In this document: piece after piece, positions 20,352-31,571 of the stretch
Position numbering within the stretch: the first letter of the stretch is position 1
Layout of the letters: the number at the start of each line of letters is the position of its first letter
Assembly: GCA_963778655.1 (NCBI GenBank)
Contig: CAVZVA010000002.1
Span: 480,001-544,000, forward strand
Origin: an uncultured delta proteobacterium
GTDB taxonomy: Bacteria; Myxococcota_A; Polyangia; Polyangiales; JAFGIB01
Reading direction: 5' to 3'
Length of the DNA: 64,000 bases
Notes under the pieces: generated by a model
What the model saw: the letters and a program-made list of their open reading frames with translations, nothing else
Told to the model about the DNA's origin: nothing
Databases searched by the model: none
Translations under genes and position numbers: made by a program

Positions 20352-22270
20352 ATGATCAGCTCCCGAGTCATCGGCACGATGGAAATGCGGGCGCAAGCGC
20401 GCATGGCGGCGCTCGCCGGGTTGCTGTTGCTGGCGCTGGCCGCCAAAGCCGGCGCGCAGGCCGCGCGCGAGCTCTACGACCAGGGCGTGCAAGCGCTCAG
20501 CGCGGGGCGCTACGACGAGGCGGCGCGGGCGCTCGACGCGGCGTATCGCCAGCAGCCGAGCGCCGAGGCGCTCTACAATCTGGGCCTCGCCTACAAGGGC
20601 ATGGGGCATCCGGACAAGGCGTTCGAAGCCTTCGAGGGCTACGTCAAGCTGGCCGACCCGAAGAAGGACGCCAAGACGATCGCGGCGGTGCGCGCGGAGA
20701 TCGACCGCCTCAAGGCGTCGTACGCGCGCTACGCGCTCAAGCTGAGCCCGCCCGAGGCCACGATCGCGATCGACGGGGCGCCGGCCACACCGAACCGCGG
20801 CGAGCTCTGGGTCCAGACGGGCAAGCACGCGATCACCGTGCGCGCTCAGGGCTACGACACCTACGAGCAGACCCTGCAGGTGACCGCGGGACATTTCGAC
20901 CTCGAGGTGCAGCTGCGCCAGCCGTCGGGGCCACCGGACCAACGGGCCGCGACGCTGGTGGACGAGGGCATCGCGCTGCAGGCGGCCGGCCGCTTGCAGC
21001 CCGCGATCGAGAAGTACAAGGCGGCCCAGGCCATCTACCCGACGCCACGCGGCGTGGCGCAGCTCGGGCTGGCCGAGGAGGCGTTCGGGGAGCTGCCGGC
21101 GGCGGAGCGAGACCTGCAGGAAGCGTTGAGCACGCCGAAGAACCCCTTCATCCGCGAGAACAAGCGCAAGCTCAAGGCCGCGCTCGAGCGCGTCAAACGC
21201 CAGCTCGCGACGCTGACCATCACCGGATCGCCCGAGGGCGCCGAAGTCTTCATCAACGGCAAGTCGGTGGGTGTGCTCCCGATCGCGGAGCCGGTACGCG
21301 TGGTGGGTGGCGATTCACGGTGGACGCCAAGAAGCAGGGCTACTCGGACTACGAGGAGCTGGTACAGCTGCCAGCGCGCGGCCGGCGCACCGTGCGCATC
21401 AGCATGGACGTGGCGCCGCCTACGCCCGTGGTTGCCGCCCTGCCGCCGGCAGGCGCGGCGGCGGCGAGCGCGGCGCCCCCCGAGGCGGCGGTGCCGGCGC
21501 TGAGCCCGGAGCAGCCGCCGGCCGAGCACGCGCCTACGCCTGTAGAGCCGCAGAAGCCGGAGCCGGTCCCGACCCAGGCCGACATCGAGGCCCAATCGCA
21601 GCCCCCGCCCGAGGAAGAGCCGGAGCCGCTCGGCCCCAAGCCCTCGGCGACCGGTTTCGAGATGGCGTTCAATCTCGGCTACCAGCCGTGGATCGGTGGG
21701 CCCAAGACCGACGGCAACAGCGGCCTGCTTGTGCCGCAGATGGTGCTCGGCGCGCGCTTGCTGTGGCCGCTCAGCTTCGGGGTGGAGATCAACAGCGGGT
21801 TCGACGTGGCCGGCACCAGCGGGACCAGCTTCATCGCCGCGATCAATCCCGGCTTCTACGTGCGCGGGCATATCCAGCAGTACAAGGAGCGCCTCGGCTT
21901 CGACGCCTGGGGCGGCGTCGGGTTGCAGCCGCTCGCGGTGCAGGTTGTGGCGCTCAAGGCGACCTCGAACGCCGGCACCGCTTCGCTCGACCCCAACAGC
22001 ATCGACCCCAACAGCGTGCAATCCCAGATCCTACGTCAGACCGGGGGCGTGAGCCGGGTGCACACGGTGCAGAGCATCAACGTGCCCTTCGAGCTCGGCG
22101 GCTCGTTCTACCTGACCGAGGGCTTCGGCTTCGACCTGGCGCTGGCGCTGACACTGTGGCTGCCGCAGCAGAGCTGCCTGCACAACGGCTCCGATCACGT
22201 ATGCACCGACAGCGGCCTCAAGTCCCAGACCAGCCTCTTCATCGGCGCCGGCGTCACCTTCCTGCCGTAA
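20352..22270 (+). pseudogene. TPR-PEGA-TPR-PEGA-Pro-rich-outer-membrane beta-barrel protein, frameshifted near 21315 (true lesion or sequencing error)
   Basis: The second PEGA domain begins in ORF 20352-21503 (ITGSPEGAEVFING) and continues in ORF 21320-22270 (TVDAKKQGYSDYEELV). One base is missing at GAT/TC/ACG. The C-terminus LFIGAGVTFLP is barrel-like. Confidence 0.75.
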
Positions 22271-22310
22271 ACCAGAGGCGCGCAAGCGGCACCGGCCAGA
22301 TCCTCCGAGC

Positions 22311-22374
22311 TCACTGGAAGGCAGGAAGTCCGGACAGATCTGTATCTTCCCGTCTTCTCGTCTTCCTGTTGAAT
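22311..22374. repeat. GGAAG/CTTCC repeat, copy 2
   Basis: TCACTGGAAGGCAGGAAG...ACAGATCTGT...CTTCCCGTCTTCTCGTCTTCCTGTTGAAT. Confidence 0.75.
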
Positions 22375-22390
22375 CGCCGGCAACCCGAGC

Positions 22391-23281
22391 TCAGCGCGCG
22401 TGGATCAGGCGGCGCTCTTCGCCGTCCTCGAACAGCGCGGTGACCATGCGTTCCGGACCGAGCACCGCTTGGACCTGTCCGGCGCCGAAAGTCGGGTGCA
22501 GGAACCACTCGCCGGCGTGGTAGGCATGACTGCGATCGTAGGGGGCCGCGCGCACGCGTGCGGCGGCAAGCTCGACCGGATCGAGCTTGCGCTTGCCCCG
22601 GACGTGGCGGCCCCCGGTGCGAGGCGCGCTCGGCGCGGTGCGACGTTGCGGCGCCGCGGCGGCGGGCAGGGGACGCGCCGCAGCGGGCTCCCGGGTCAGC
22701 CGCGCGGTGGCGCGGCGCGCCTTGGCCACGTCGGCCACGTTCGGCGCGCACACCAGCACCTCTTCGACCGCGACCGCCGAGCCCTGCTGCAGGCACGCCG
22801 CACGAAACGAATCGGCGGCGCGAACCGCGGACACAATGCGCTCCGAAGCCTCGGCCGCGCCGGGGCCGGCGCCGAGCGCGCCGAATGCCACGCGCAGCGT
22901 GCCGTGCTTGGCCGCGAGCGCGAGCGCGCCGCGCACGCACTGCTCGATCGTCTCGAGTGTGGGCGCTGGCGCGGGCGCGGTCTGCGCGTGGGGCGGCCGA
23001 CTGCCGACCCAGATCAGGTAGTCGCAGCGCAGCTTGCCGGGATGGAGCCTGATCGCCTGGCCCAACGCCAGCCGGCCGCCGCTGAGCTGAGCGCGCTCCT
23101 TGGCCAGGGCCGCAGTCAGGCCGTCGCCATAGACGGCCAGCAGCTCGCGGTCCGGCCCGGGCGGGCGCCACAGCCCGAGATCGATCGTGCCGTCATAGAC
23201 AATCGCGCCGGCACGCTGGGAAGCCGGCAGCTCGTAGAGCGCGGCGCTGAGCAGGACCAAATCCACGCGCCGAGCATACAC
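22391..23281 (-). CDS. Divergent macrodomain protein with C-terminal Tudor/SH3-like domain
   Basis: Macro-like spacing GAIVYDG...LGQAIRLHPGKLRCDYLIWV...ALALAAKHGTLRVAFGALGAG; C-terminal GEWFLHPTFGAGQV...ALFEDG. Confidence 0.6.
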   Translation of the reverse strand: MYARRVDLVLLSAALYELPASQRAGAIVYDGTIDLGLWRPPGPDRELLAVYGDGLTAALAKERAQLSGGRLALGQAIRLHPGKLRCDYLIWVGSRPPHAQTAPAPAPTLETIEQCVRGALALAAKHGTLRVAFGALGAGPGAAEASERIVSAVRAADSFRAACLQQGSAVAVEEVLVCAPNVADVAKARRATARLTREPAAARPLPAAAAPQRRTAPSAPRTGGRHVRGKRKLDPVELAAARVRAAPYDRSHAYHAGEWFLHPTFGAGQVQAVLGPERMVTALFEDGEERRLIHAR

Positions 23282-23321
23282 CTTGAGGCGCCCGGGTCGA
23301 CCGCTGCTTCGTGCACCGCGT

Positions 23322-25163
<1,842 letters not shown>

Positions 25164-25345
25164 GCAGCACCCGTTAGCACAGTTCGACTCAAATGTAACA
25201 CACGGCGGCCGGCGGCAAGGTCCGAGCTCAGAACTGCGGCCTTTTGCAGTGATCCTCGGTCCTACAGGCGGGGCGGAAGCTGTGGTAGGCTGCGCGGACA
25301 CGGTGTGGGCCGGCTCCGGGGCGCGCGGAGCGTAGGTCGAGGGTT

Positions 25346-26551
25346 ATGAAGTTGGAGCAGCAAGAGCCGCGCAACCAGATCTACCGGCAGCGGCTCAACG
25401 TGCCGTTCGAGTACGCGGTCTGCTTCACGCGGGGGGTGCTCCAGCCGGACAACCCGTGCCTGGCCGACGCCATCGCCAGCCGCGAGCCCGAGCGCCGCCA
25501 CCGCTTGTGGTGCGTGGTCGACGAAGGCGTGGCGCAGGCTTGGCCGGACCTGTGCGCGGACGTGGCCCGCTACTGCGGCGCGCACGCCGCGCGGCTGGAG
25601 CTGCTCGAGTCTCCGCGGGTAGTGCCCGGCGGCGAGCAGGCCAAGCAGTCGCCGGAGCTGATCGTCTCGCTGCAGGCCGACCTGCGCCGGCTGGGCGTCG
25701 ATCGCCAGTCGTTCGTGCTCGCGATCGGAGGCGGCGCGGTGCTGGATGCGGTGGGCTACGCGGCCGCCACCGCCCACCGCGGCGTGCGTCTGGTGCGCGT
25801 GCCGACCACGGTGCTGTCGCAGAACGACTCCGGCGTGGGCGTGAAGAACGCCGTCAACGCCTTCGGAGCCAAGAACTTTCTCGGCACCTTCGCCCCGCCC
25901 TTTGCCGTGATCAACGACGCGCAGCTGCTGCGAACGCTGTCCCCGCGCGACTTGCGCGCGGGCATGGCCGAGGCGGTCAAGGCGGCGCTGATCCGTGATG
26001 CCGAGTTCTTCCAGTGGATGGAGGCGCAGCGCGCGCAACTGGCACGCTTCGAGCAAGACGCGCTGGAGCGCTCGATCCGCGTCACGGCGGAGATCCACAT
26101 GCGCCACATCGCGAGCGCGGGCGACCCGTTCGAGCTCGGCAGCGCGAGGCCGCTCGACTTCGGGCACTGGGCCGCGCACAAGCTCGAGTCGCTCACCGCC
26201 CACGCATTGCGCCACGGCGAGGCGGTGGCGATCGGCATGGCGCTCGACACGCGCTATAGCGTCGAGGTCGGGCTGCTTGCGGAGGCCGAGGGCGAGCGCG
26301 TGTGCGGTCTGCTCGAGGGGCTCGGCTTCGCGCTGTGGGACGACATACTCGGGGCGCACACGCGCGACGAGCAGCCGGCGGTGCTCGACGGGCTGCGCGA
26401 GTTCCGCGAGCATCTGGGTGGCGAGCTGACGGTGACCCTGCTGAAGGCGATCGGCCATGGCGTCGAGGTCCACCAGATCGACGCCAAAGCCGTGATCGCC
26501 GCGCTGCGCTGGCTGCGGGTCCGCCACGCGGCGCGCGCCGGGCTGGGTTGA
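25346..26551 (+). CDS. eboD: EboD sugar-phosphate cyclase (3-dehydroquinate synthase-like)
   Basis: GGEQAK, GGGAVLD, PTTVLSQNDSGVGVKN, DPFELGSARPLDFGHWAAHKLE (EboD-type), HGEAVAIG; next to eboE. Confidence 0.88.
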   Translation: MKLEQQEPRNQIYRQRLNVPFEYAVCFTRGVLQPDNPCLADAIASREPERRHRLWCVVDEGVAQAWPDLCADVARYCGAHAARLELLESPRVVPGGEQAKQSPELIVSLQADLRRLGVDRQSFVLAIGGGAVLDAVGYAAATAHRGVRLVRVPTTVLSQNDSGVGVKNAVNAFGAKNFLGTFAPPFAVINDAQLLRTLSPRDLRAGMAEAVKAALIRDAEFFQWMEAQRAQLARFEQDALERSIRVTAEIHMRHIASAGDPFELGSARPLDFGHWAAHKLESLTAHALRHGEAVAIGMALDTRYSVEVGLLAEAEGERVCGLLEGLGFALWDDILGAHTRDEQPAVLDGLREFREHLGGELTVTLLKAIGHGVEVHQIDAKAVIAALRWLRVRHAARAGLG

Positions 26552-26597
26552 GTCGCCGGAAAGGGCACGCGCCCTCCCCGCCCCACCCCTCCGCGGG

Positions 26598-26657
26598 GGC
26601 TCGCTGCGCTCGCTCGTTCGCGCCATCCTTCGGCGTGGCTCGCGTCGCTCGCTCGTT
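26598..26657 (+). repeat. Pair of 21-bp direct repeats in the eboD-eboE spacer
   Basis: GGCTCGCTGCGCTCGCTCGTT (26598-26618) and GGCTCGCGTCGCTCGCTCGTT (26637-26657). Confidence 0.7.
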
Positions 26658-26675
26658 TCCGCCACAGTCTCGGCC

Positions 26676-27881
26676 ATGAAGCTCGATGACCGTACGCACC
26701 TCGGCTACTGCACCAACGTGCACGCCGGTGAGCAGCTGGCCGAGGTGCGGGCCAACCTGGTTCGCTACAGCGCCGCGGTGCGGGCCGAGCTGTGCCCCGG
26801 GCGGCCGCTCGGACTGGGCCTGTGGCTGTCGGCGGCGGCGGTAGCGAGCCTGGGCGAGGATGGCGCGCTCGCGGCGCTGCAGGAGCTGCTCGCCGAGCAC
26901 GGCCTGTACGTGTTCACGCTCAACGGTTTCCCCTACGGCGCGTTTCACGCGGTCGCGGTCAAGGCGCGGGTGTACCAGCCCGACTGGCGCGACCCGCGGC
27001 GCCTGGCCTACAGCAACGCGCTTGCGGACGCGCTCGCGGCGCTGCTGCCCGAAGGCGTGGAGGGCAGCGTGAGCACCCTACCCTGTGCGTTCGCGCCGGC
27101 GATCGCCAGCGAGCACGACGAGCAGGCCTTGGTCGACAACCTGTTGCGCCATGTGGCGCACCTGCACCGGCTGCACGAGCGCAGCGGCAAGCGCATCGCG
27201 CTGGCGCTCGAGCCCGAGCCCTGCTGCTATCTCGAGACCATCGATCAGACGGTCGCGTTCTTCGAGCAAGAGCTGCGCAGCGGTCACGCGCGCGCGCGGC
27301 TGCGCGAGCTGAGCGGCGCCGATCCGTACGCGCTGCTGCAACGCCACCTGGGCCTGTGCCTGGACTGCTGCCACGCGGCGGTGGAGTTCGAGCAGCCGCG
27401 CGAGCTGCTGGCCAAGCTGCGCAGCGCGGCGATTCCGATCGCAAAAGTGCAGCTCAGCAGCGGGCTGCGCATCGAGCGCGTGGACGCAGCCATGCGCGAG
27501 GCGCTGGTCCCGTACCTGGACGAGGTCTACCTGCACCAGGTGGTGCAGCGAAGGCACGGAGAGCTCACCCGCTACCTCGACCTGCCCGAGGCGCTCGCGG
27601 CGCTCGCGGCCGAGCCGGCGCCCGAGCCGGAATGGCGCGTGCACTTCCACGTGCCCCTGTTCCTCGAGCGCATGCACAGCTTCGGCAGCACTCAGGCCTT
27701 CGTGCGCGAAATCCTGGCGGCGCAGCGGCAGGAGCCGCTGTCCGGGCACCTCGAGGTCGAGACGTACACCTGGGACGTGCTGCCCGACGAGGCGCGCGGC
27801 CTGCCCCTGACGCAAGCGATCGCGCGCGAGCTGCGCTTCTGCCTGCAACAGCTGGACGCCGAGGCCGGGGTTACGCGATGA
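26676..27881 (+). CDS. eboE: Metabolite traffic protein EboE (xylose isomerase-like TIM barrel)
   Basis: HLGYCTNVH, TLNGFPYGAFH, VYQPDW, ALEPEPCC, DCCHAAVEFE, YLHQV, WRVHFHVP, HLEVETYTWDVLP. Confidence 0.93.
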   Translation: MKLDDRTHLGYCTNVHAGEQLAEVRANLVRYSAAVRAELCPGRPLGLGLWLSAAAVASLGEDGALAALQELLAEHGLYVFTLNGFPYGAFHAVAVKARVYQPDWRDPRRLAYSNALADALAALLPEGVEGSVSTLPCAFAPAIASEHDEQALVDNLLRHVAHLHRLHERSGKRIALALEPEPCCYLETIDQTVAFFEQELRSGHARARLRELSGADPYALLQRHLGLCLDCCHAAVEFEQPRELLAKLRSAAIPIAKVQLSSGLRIERVDAAMREALVPYLDEVYLHQVVQRRHGELTRYLDLPEALAALAAEPAPEPEWRVHFHVPLFLERMHSFGSTQAFVREILAAQRQEPLSGHLEVETYTWDVLPDEARGLPLTQAIARELRFCLQQLDAEAGVTR

Positions 27882-28729
27882 CGCTCGTCACCGCCCTGCG
27901 CCTGGGTCGGGTGTCCAACCTGCCGACTACCTGGAGCAACGTGGCGGCCGGTCTGGTGCTCTCGGGCGCTGCCGTGCACCCCGCGCTCGCGCTGGCGCTG
28001 TGCGCCGCGATCAGCTTGCTCTACGTGGGCGGCATGTACCTCAACGACGCGTTCGACCGCGGGTACGACGCGCGCGAGCGACCGGAGCGTCCGATTCCGT
28101 CGGGCCAGGTCCGCGCGGGGACCGTGTTCGCGCTCGGCTTCGGCATGCTCGCGGCGGGCGTCGCGATCGTGGCGGCGGCGGCCGAGACCGGCCCGGCGCC
28201 GCTGCTGGCGGCCGTGGCGCTGGCGGGGCTGATCGTGCTCTACGACGCCTACCACAAGGGAAACCCGCTCAGCCCGCTGTTGATGGCGCTCACCCGCGTG
28301 CTGGTCTACGTGACCGCGGCGCTCGCCGCCCGCGTCGCGTTCACCCCGTTGCTCGGCGCCGGCTGCGCCGCGCTGCTGTGCTACCTGGTCGGGCTGACCT
28401 ACGCCGCCAAGCAGGAGAACCTACGCGAGCCGAGTGGCTTCTGGCCGCTGCTGTTTCTGGGCGCGCCTTTCTTGTTCGCGCCCGCAATGGGCGCCGCCGC
28501 GGGCATCGCCGCCTATCTGCTGCTCGCCGCCTCGACCGCGTTCGGGCTGCGCTTCTTGCTGGTGCGCGGCGCGCGTGACGTCAAGCGCGCGGTCAGCCAG
28601 TTGATCGCGAGCATCTCGCTGCTCGACGCCATGCTGGTCGCCAGCCAGCACCAGACCGCGCTGGCCGCCGCCTGCGTGCTGTGCTTCGCCGCCACCCGCC
28701 TGGCCCAGCGCGTGATCCCGGGCACGTAG
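27878..28729 (+). CDS. eboC: UbiA family prenyltransferase EboC
   Basis: LGRVSNLPT, GGMYLNDAFD, ERPERPIPSG, YDAYHK, ISLLDA; ATGA overlap with eboE. Confidence 0.88.
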   Translation: MTLVTALRLGRVSNLPTTWSNVAAGLVLSGAAVHPALALALCAAISLLYVGGMYLNDAFDRGYDARERPERPIPSGQVRAGTVFALGFGMLAAGVAIVAAAAETGPAPLLAAVALAGLIVLYDAYHKGNPLSPLLMALTRVLVYVTAALAARVAFTPLLGAGCAALLCYLVGLTYAAKQENLREPSGFWPLLFLGAPFLFAPAMGAAAGIAAYLLLAASTAFGLRFLLVRGARDVKRAVSQLIASISLLDAMLVASQHQTALAAACVLCFAATRLAQRVIPGT

Positions 28730-28800
28730 GAAGCAGGAAGCCAAGAAGACGGGAAGATCCGACGAAGAACAAGCTCTTCTCGTCTTCCCGCCTTGCCGTG
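28730..28800. repeat. GGAAG/CTTCC repeat, copy 3
   Basis: GAAGCAGGAAGCCAAGAAGACGGGAAG...CTTCTCGTCTTCCCGCCTTGCCGTG, directly after the eboC stop. Confidence 0.78.
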
Positions 28801-28809
28801 CTCTGAATG

Positions 28810-29622
28810 CTAACGCTGCGGTGGCACGCACAGCGGGTAGGCGTGGCCGTCGCCGCCGTCCTCGTCGCTCGGCAGCACCACCGGGATCTGGGTGCCGATC
28901 GGCAGCAGGCAGGTTCCGGTGTCGAAGGTGCCGCACACGCCGTAGTCGCTGCAGCAGCCCCAGACCGGACCGAATGCACCGAGGTAGCTCGGGCACTCGC
29001 CGGTGATCGAGGGATCGTCGGGCGGCCCGGTGACCGGCGGCGGATTGGTGTCGGTGCTCGACGGCGGCGGCGCGAAGCACACGCCGATGCCGAGCGAGTC
29101 CACGCCGCAGCTGCCGTCGGCCAGGCAGCAGACGGTCGCGCCGGCGTCGTCCTCCGGGCACTTGGTCAGGTCGCAGGTGGGCTGCGGGGCGCCCGCGTCC
29201 GTGGCGGGCGGGTTGGCGAAGCAGATCTGGCCGGTGCCAAAGGGATCGACGCCGCACTGTGCGAACGGCGTGCAGCAGGCGTTGCCGACGGTGGGCGTGG
29301 GGCACTCCGCCAGCACGCACACCGCGTCGGTGCTGATCTGACCCGGCAGCGGAACGCAGTTCAGCCCGAGCCCGGTAGGGTCCATGCCGCACTGCGCGTT
29401 CGGGGTGCAGCAGGCCAGGCCCGCGTCCGGCACCGGACACTTGGAAAGCTCGCACACGCCGGGCTTCATGGTCGCGTCCATCGCGGCGTCCACGGCCGCA
29501 TCCCGCAGCCTCGGCGCTCCGACTCCGGCGTCGAAGCCGTCGCGCGAGGCCCTGAACGCGTTGCGACCCTCACCACAAGAAAACAACGCCAACCCCAAGC
29601 AAGCCACCACCAATCGCTTCAC
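28810..29622 (-). CDS. Lipoprotein with 3-4 six-cysteine repeats
   Basis: GTG start after a GAAGGAGAG RBS; lipobox LFSC; repeated C-x4-CP...CC-x5-CGxD..G.G..C units. Confidence 0.8.
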   Translation of the reverse strand: MKRLVVACLGLALFSCGEGRNAFRASRDGFDAGVGAPRLRDAAVDAAMDATMKPGVCELSKCPVPDAGLACCTPNAQCGMDPTGLGLNCVPLPGQISTDAVCVLAECPTPTVGNACCTPFAQCGVDPFGTGQICFANPPATDAGAPQPTCDLTKCPEDDAGATVCCLADGSCGVDSLGIGVCFAPPPSSTDTNPPPVTGPPDDPSITGECPSYLGAFGPVWGCCSDYGVCGTFDTGTCLLPIGTQIPVVLPSDEDGGDGHAYPLCVPPQR

Positions 29623-29733
29623 GCTGCGCTCTCCTTCGCCGAATACGGCAAGCAAGCTTCGGAGATCGATCATGAGGGCCCGCGCACCGGCGCGTAAAGG
29701 CACCGCGCGCCCGACATGTACGCCGAGCCGTGA

Positions 29734-31552
29734 CTACATGCGCTCGATCTTGAGCGCACCGATCCGCGCGCCGGCCTGCGCGCGCAGCGCGATCCCGACT
29801 CGCGGCGGCAGGCTCGTGGCGTCGCAGGAACGCTGCTGCGAGCCGCTGTGCAGCACCAGCGCGCTGCCGCGGCGCTCGATTGCGAGCGACTCGCCGGCCG
29901 CGTGCGCCAGACGGCATGTGCCGTAGGCAAGGGCCTTGGCGCCTAGCGCCACCTCTGCAGGCTTCGCGCCCGCGGGCTCGAGCAACAGGCTGGCCTCGCC
30001 CTGCAGCTGGAGCTCGATGCGTACGTCTGCGAAGCGCAGCAACGGCAGGTCGAAGCGCGCGTCCTGCTGCCCCGCGACCAGCGCCTCGCCGTCGCGCTGC
30101 CAGCGCGGCGCGACGTCCAGCGCCACCTGCAACGGGCCCGGACCCAGCAGCTTGCCCGGCGCGTCATCGAGCTCGCTTTGCAGATCGTGGCGGCCGAGCG
30201 AGAGCCCGAGCTTGTCGAGCTCCACCTCGCTGCCGTCGTCGAGCAGCAGCAGGTGCTCGGGCACGCGCGAGACCGCGTCCTCGCTCGGCTCGACCGTGCC
30301 CTCGTTCAAGTCGATCAGGAAGGCCTGGCGCGCGATCATCTGCGCGGGCGCGCGGGCGGTCAGCAACAGGCGGCCGTCGTGCAGCGCGAGCAGCCGCAGC
30401 TGCTCGAGAATCGTGCACGCCGCCGGCTGCGAGCGCGGCGGGGTCGATGACGCCGGCCTCGAGCCCGAAGCCGTCGCCGTCGGGCACCACCAGCACGAGC
30501 TCGCAACGCCCCGCGCCGGGATCGGCGCCGGCATCGCAGCCCACGTATGCGACGCGGTCGCCCTCGAGCGCCGCCACCGCGGCCTGCGCGTGCGACGGCA
30601 GGCTGGCGACCGCGCTAAAGCGCTGCGTGCGCGGCTCGAAGCGCTCGAGCTCGGGCGCGGGCGGCGCTTGTGGATCGCTCGTGGGGCTGCCGAGCGCGAC
30701 CAGCACCGCGCCGCTGTCGAGCACGAGCAGCCGGGGCGCGATGCGCGCCACCTGCAGCGAGCCGTCCGCGAGCTGCGCCGCGCCAGCCTCGAGATCGATC
30801 AGCTCGGCGCTGGCGAGCGGATCGCCGCCCAGCTCGGCCCGGCCGCCGGCCAGCAGCACGCGCCCGTCGGGCAGGCGAACCGCGCCGTGATCGCGGCGCG
30901 GGCCGCCCGCGAGCTTTCGGTTCTGCGCTGCGTCGAAGCGCCCGATCTCGCTATCGAACACCTCGTAGGTGGTGCTCCCATCGGGGCCGCCGCCCGCCAC
31001 CACCACGCGCGTGTCGACCCGCGTCGCGCTGGCGCCGACGCGCCGCAGCAGCATGCCGCCCTCGACCTCGCTGACCAGCACCGCGCCGGCGGAGAGCACG
31101 GCCGCGCGCGCGCTCGCGGCTTCGCTTTCGTCCTGCCCGCCCGCGATCAGGACGCCCCCATCCGGCAGCCCGACCACCGCTGCGCCCTCGGCCGCGCCCG
31201 CAAGGGGATCGCCGAGCGGACAGGAGCGGCCCACCGGGAGCATCAACACGTCGCGATCCAGATCGCGACCGCCGAGCGCGACCAGCCCGCCGGCTCGCGT
31301 GTCGCCGCTGCGCCCCTCGAGCGCGAGCCAGCGCGACGCCAGCGGCAAGCCGTCGAGCGAGATCGCCGCGTTTCCCGACAGCGCGCGCGACTGAGCCGGG
31401 AAATCCCCGGTCGCGCGCAGGCTCAGGCGCTCACCCGCAGGCAGCTCGCAGCCGGGCAGCTCGCGCAACGCCAGCTGCGCGGTGGTGATGCGCGGCGCAG
31501 GCGCACAGCCACCGCAGGCAAGCCCCGCCGCCAACCATAAAGCAGGCCGCAT
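29734..31552 (-). pseudogene. Kelch-repeat lipoprotein, frameshifted near 30410 (true lesion or sequencing error)
   Basis: LACGGC signal; kelch units LPDGGVLIAGG, RVVVAGG, LPDGRVLLAGG. Reading continues as LEQLRLLALHDGRLLL in another frame after CAC GAT T CTC GAG (one extra T). Confidence 0.72.
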
Positions 31553-31571
31553 GCGATATCCTTTCTCACGG

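Noticed and set aside
25170..25270. tRNA suggested by GTTCGACTC at 25182
   Set aside because: I could not build a T-stem or cloverleaf around it; it lies in a divergent promoter region.
25346..26551. Housekeeping aroB
   Set aside because: The RPLDFGHWAAHKLE motif and adjacency to eboE/eboC indicate the EboD subfamily.
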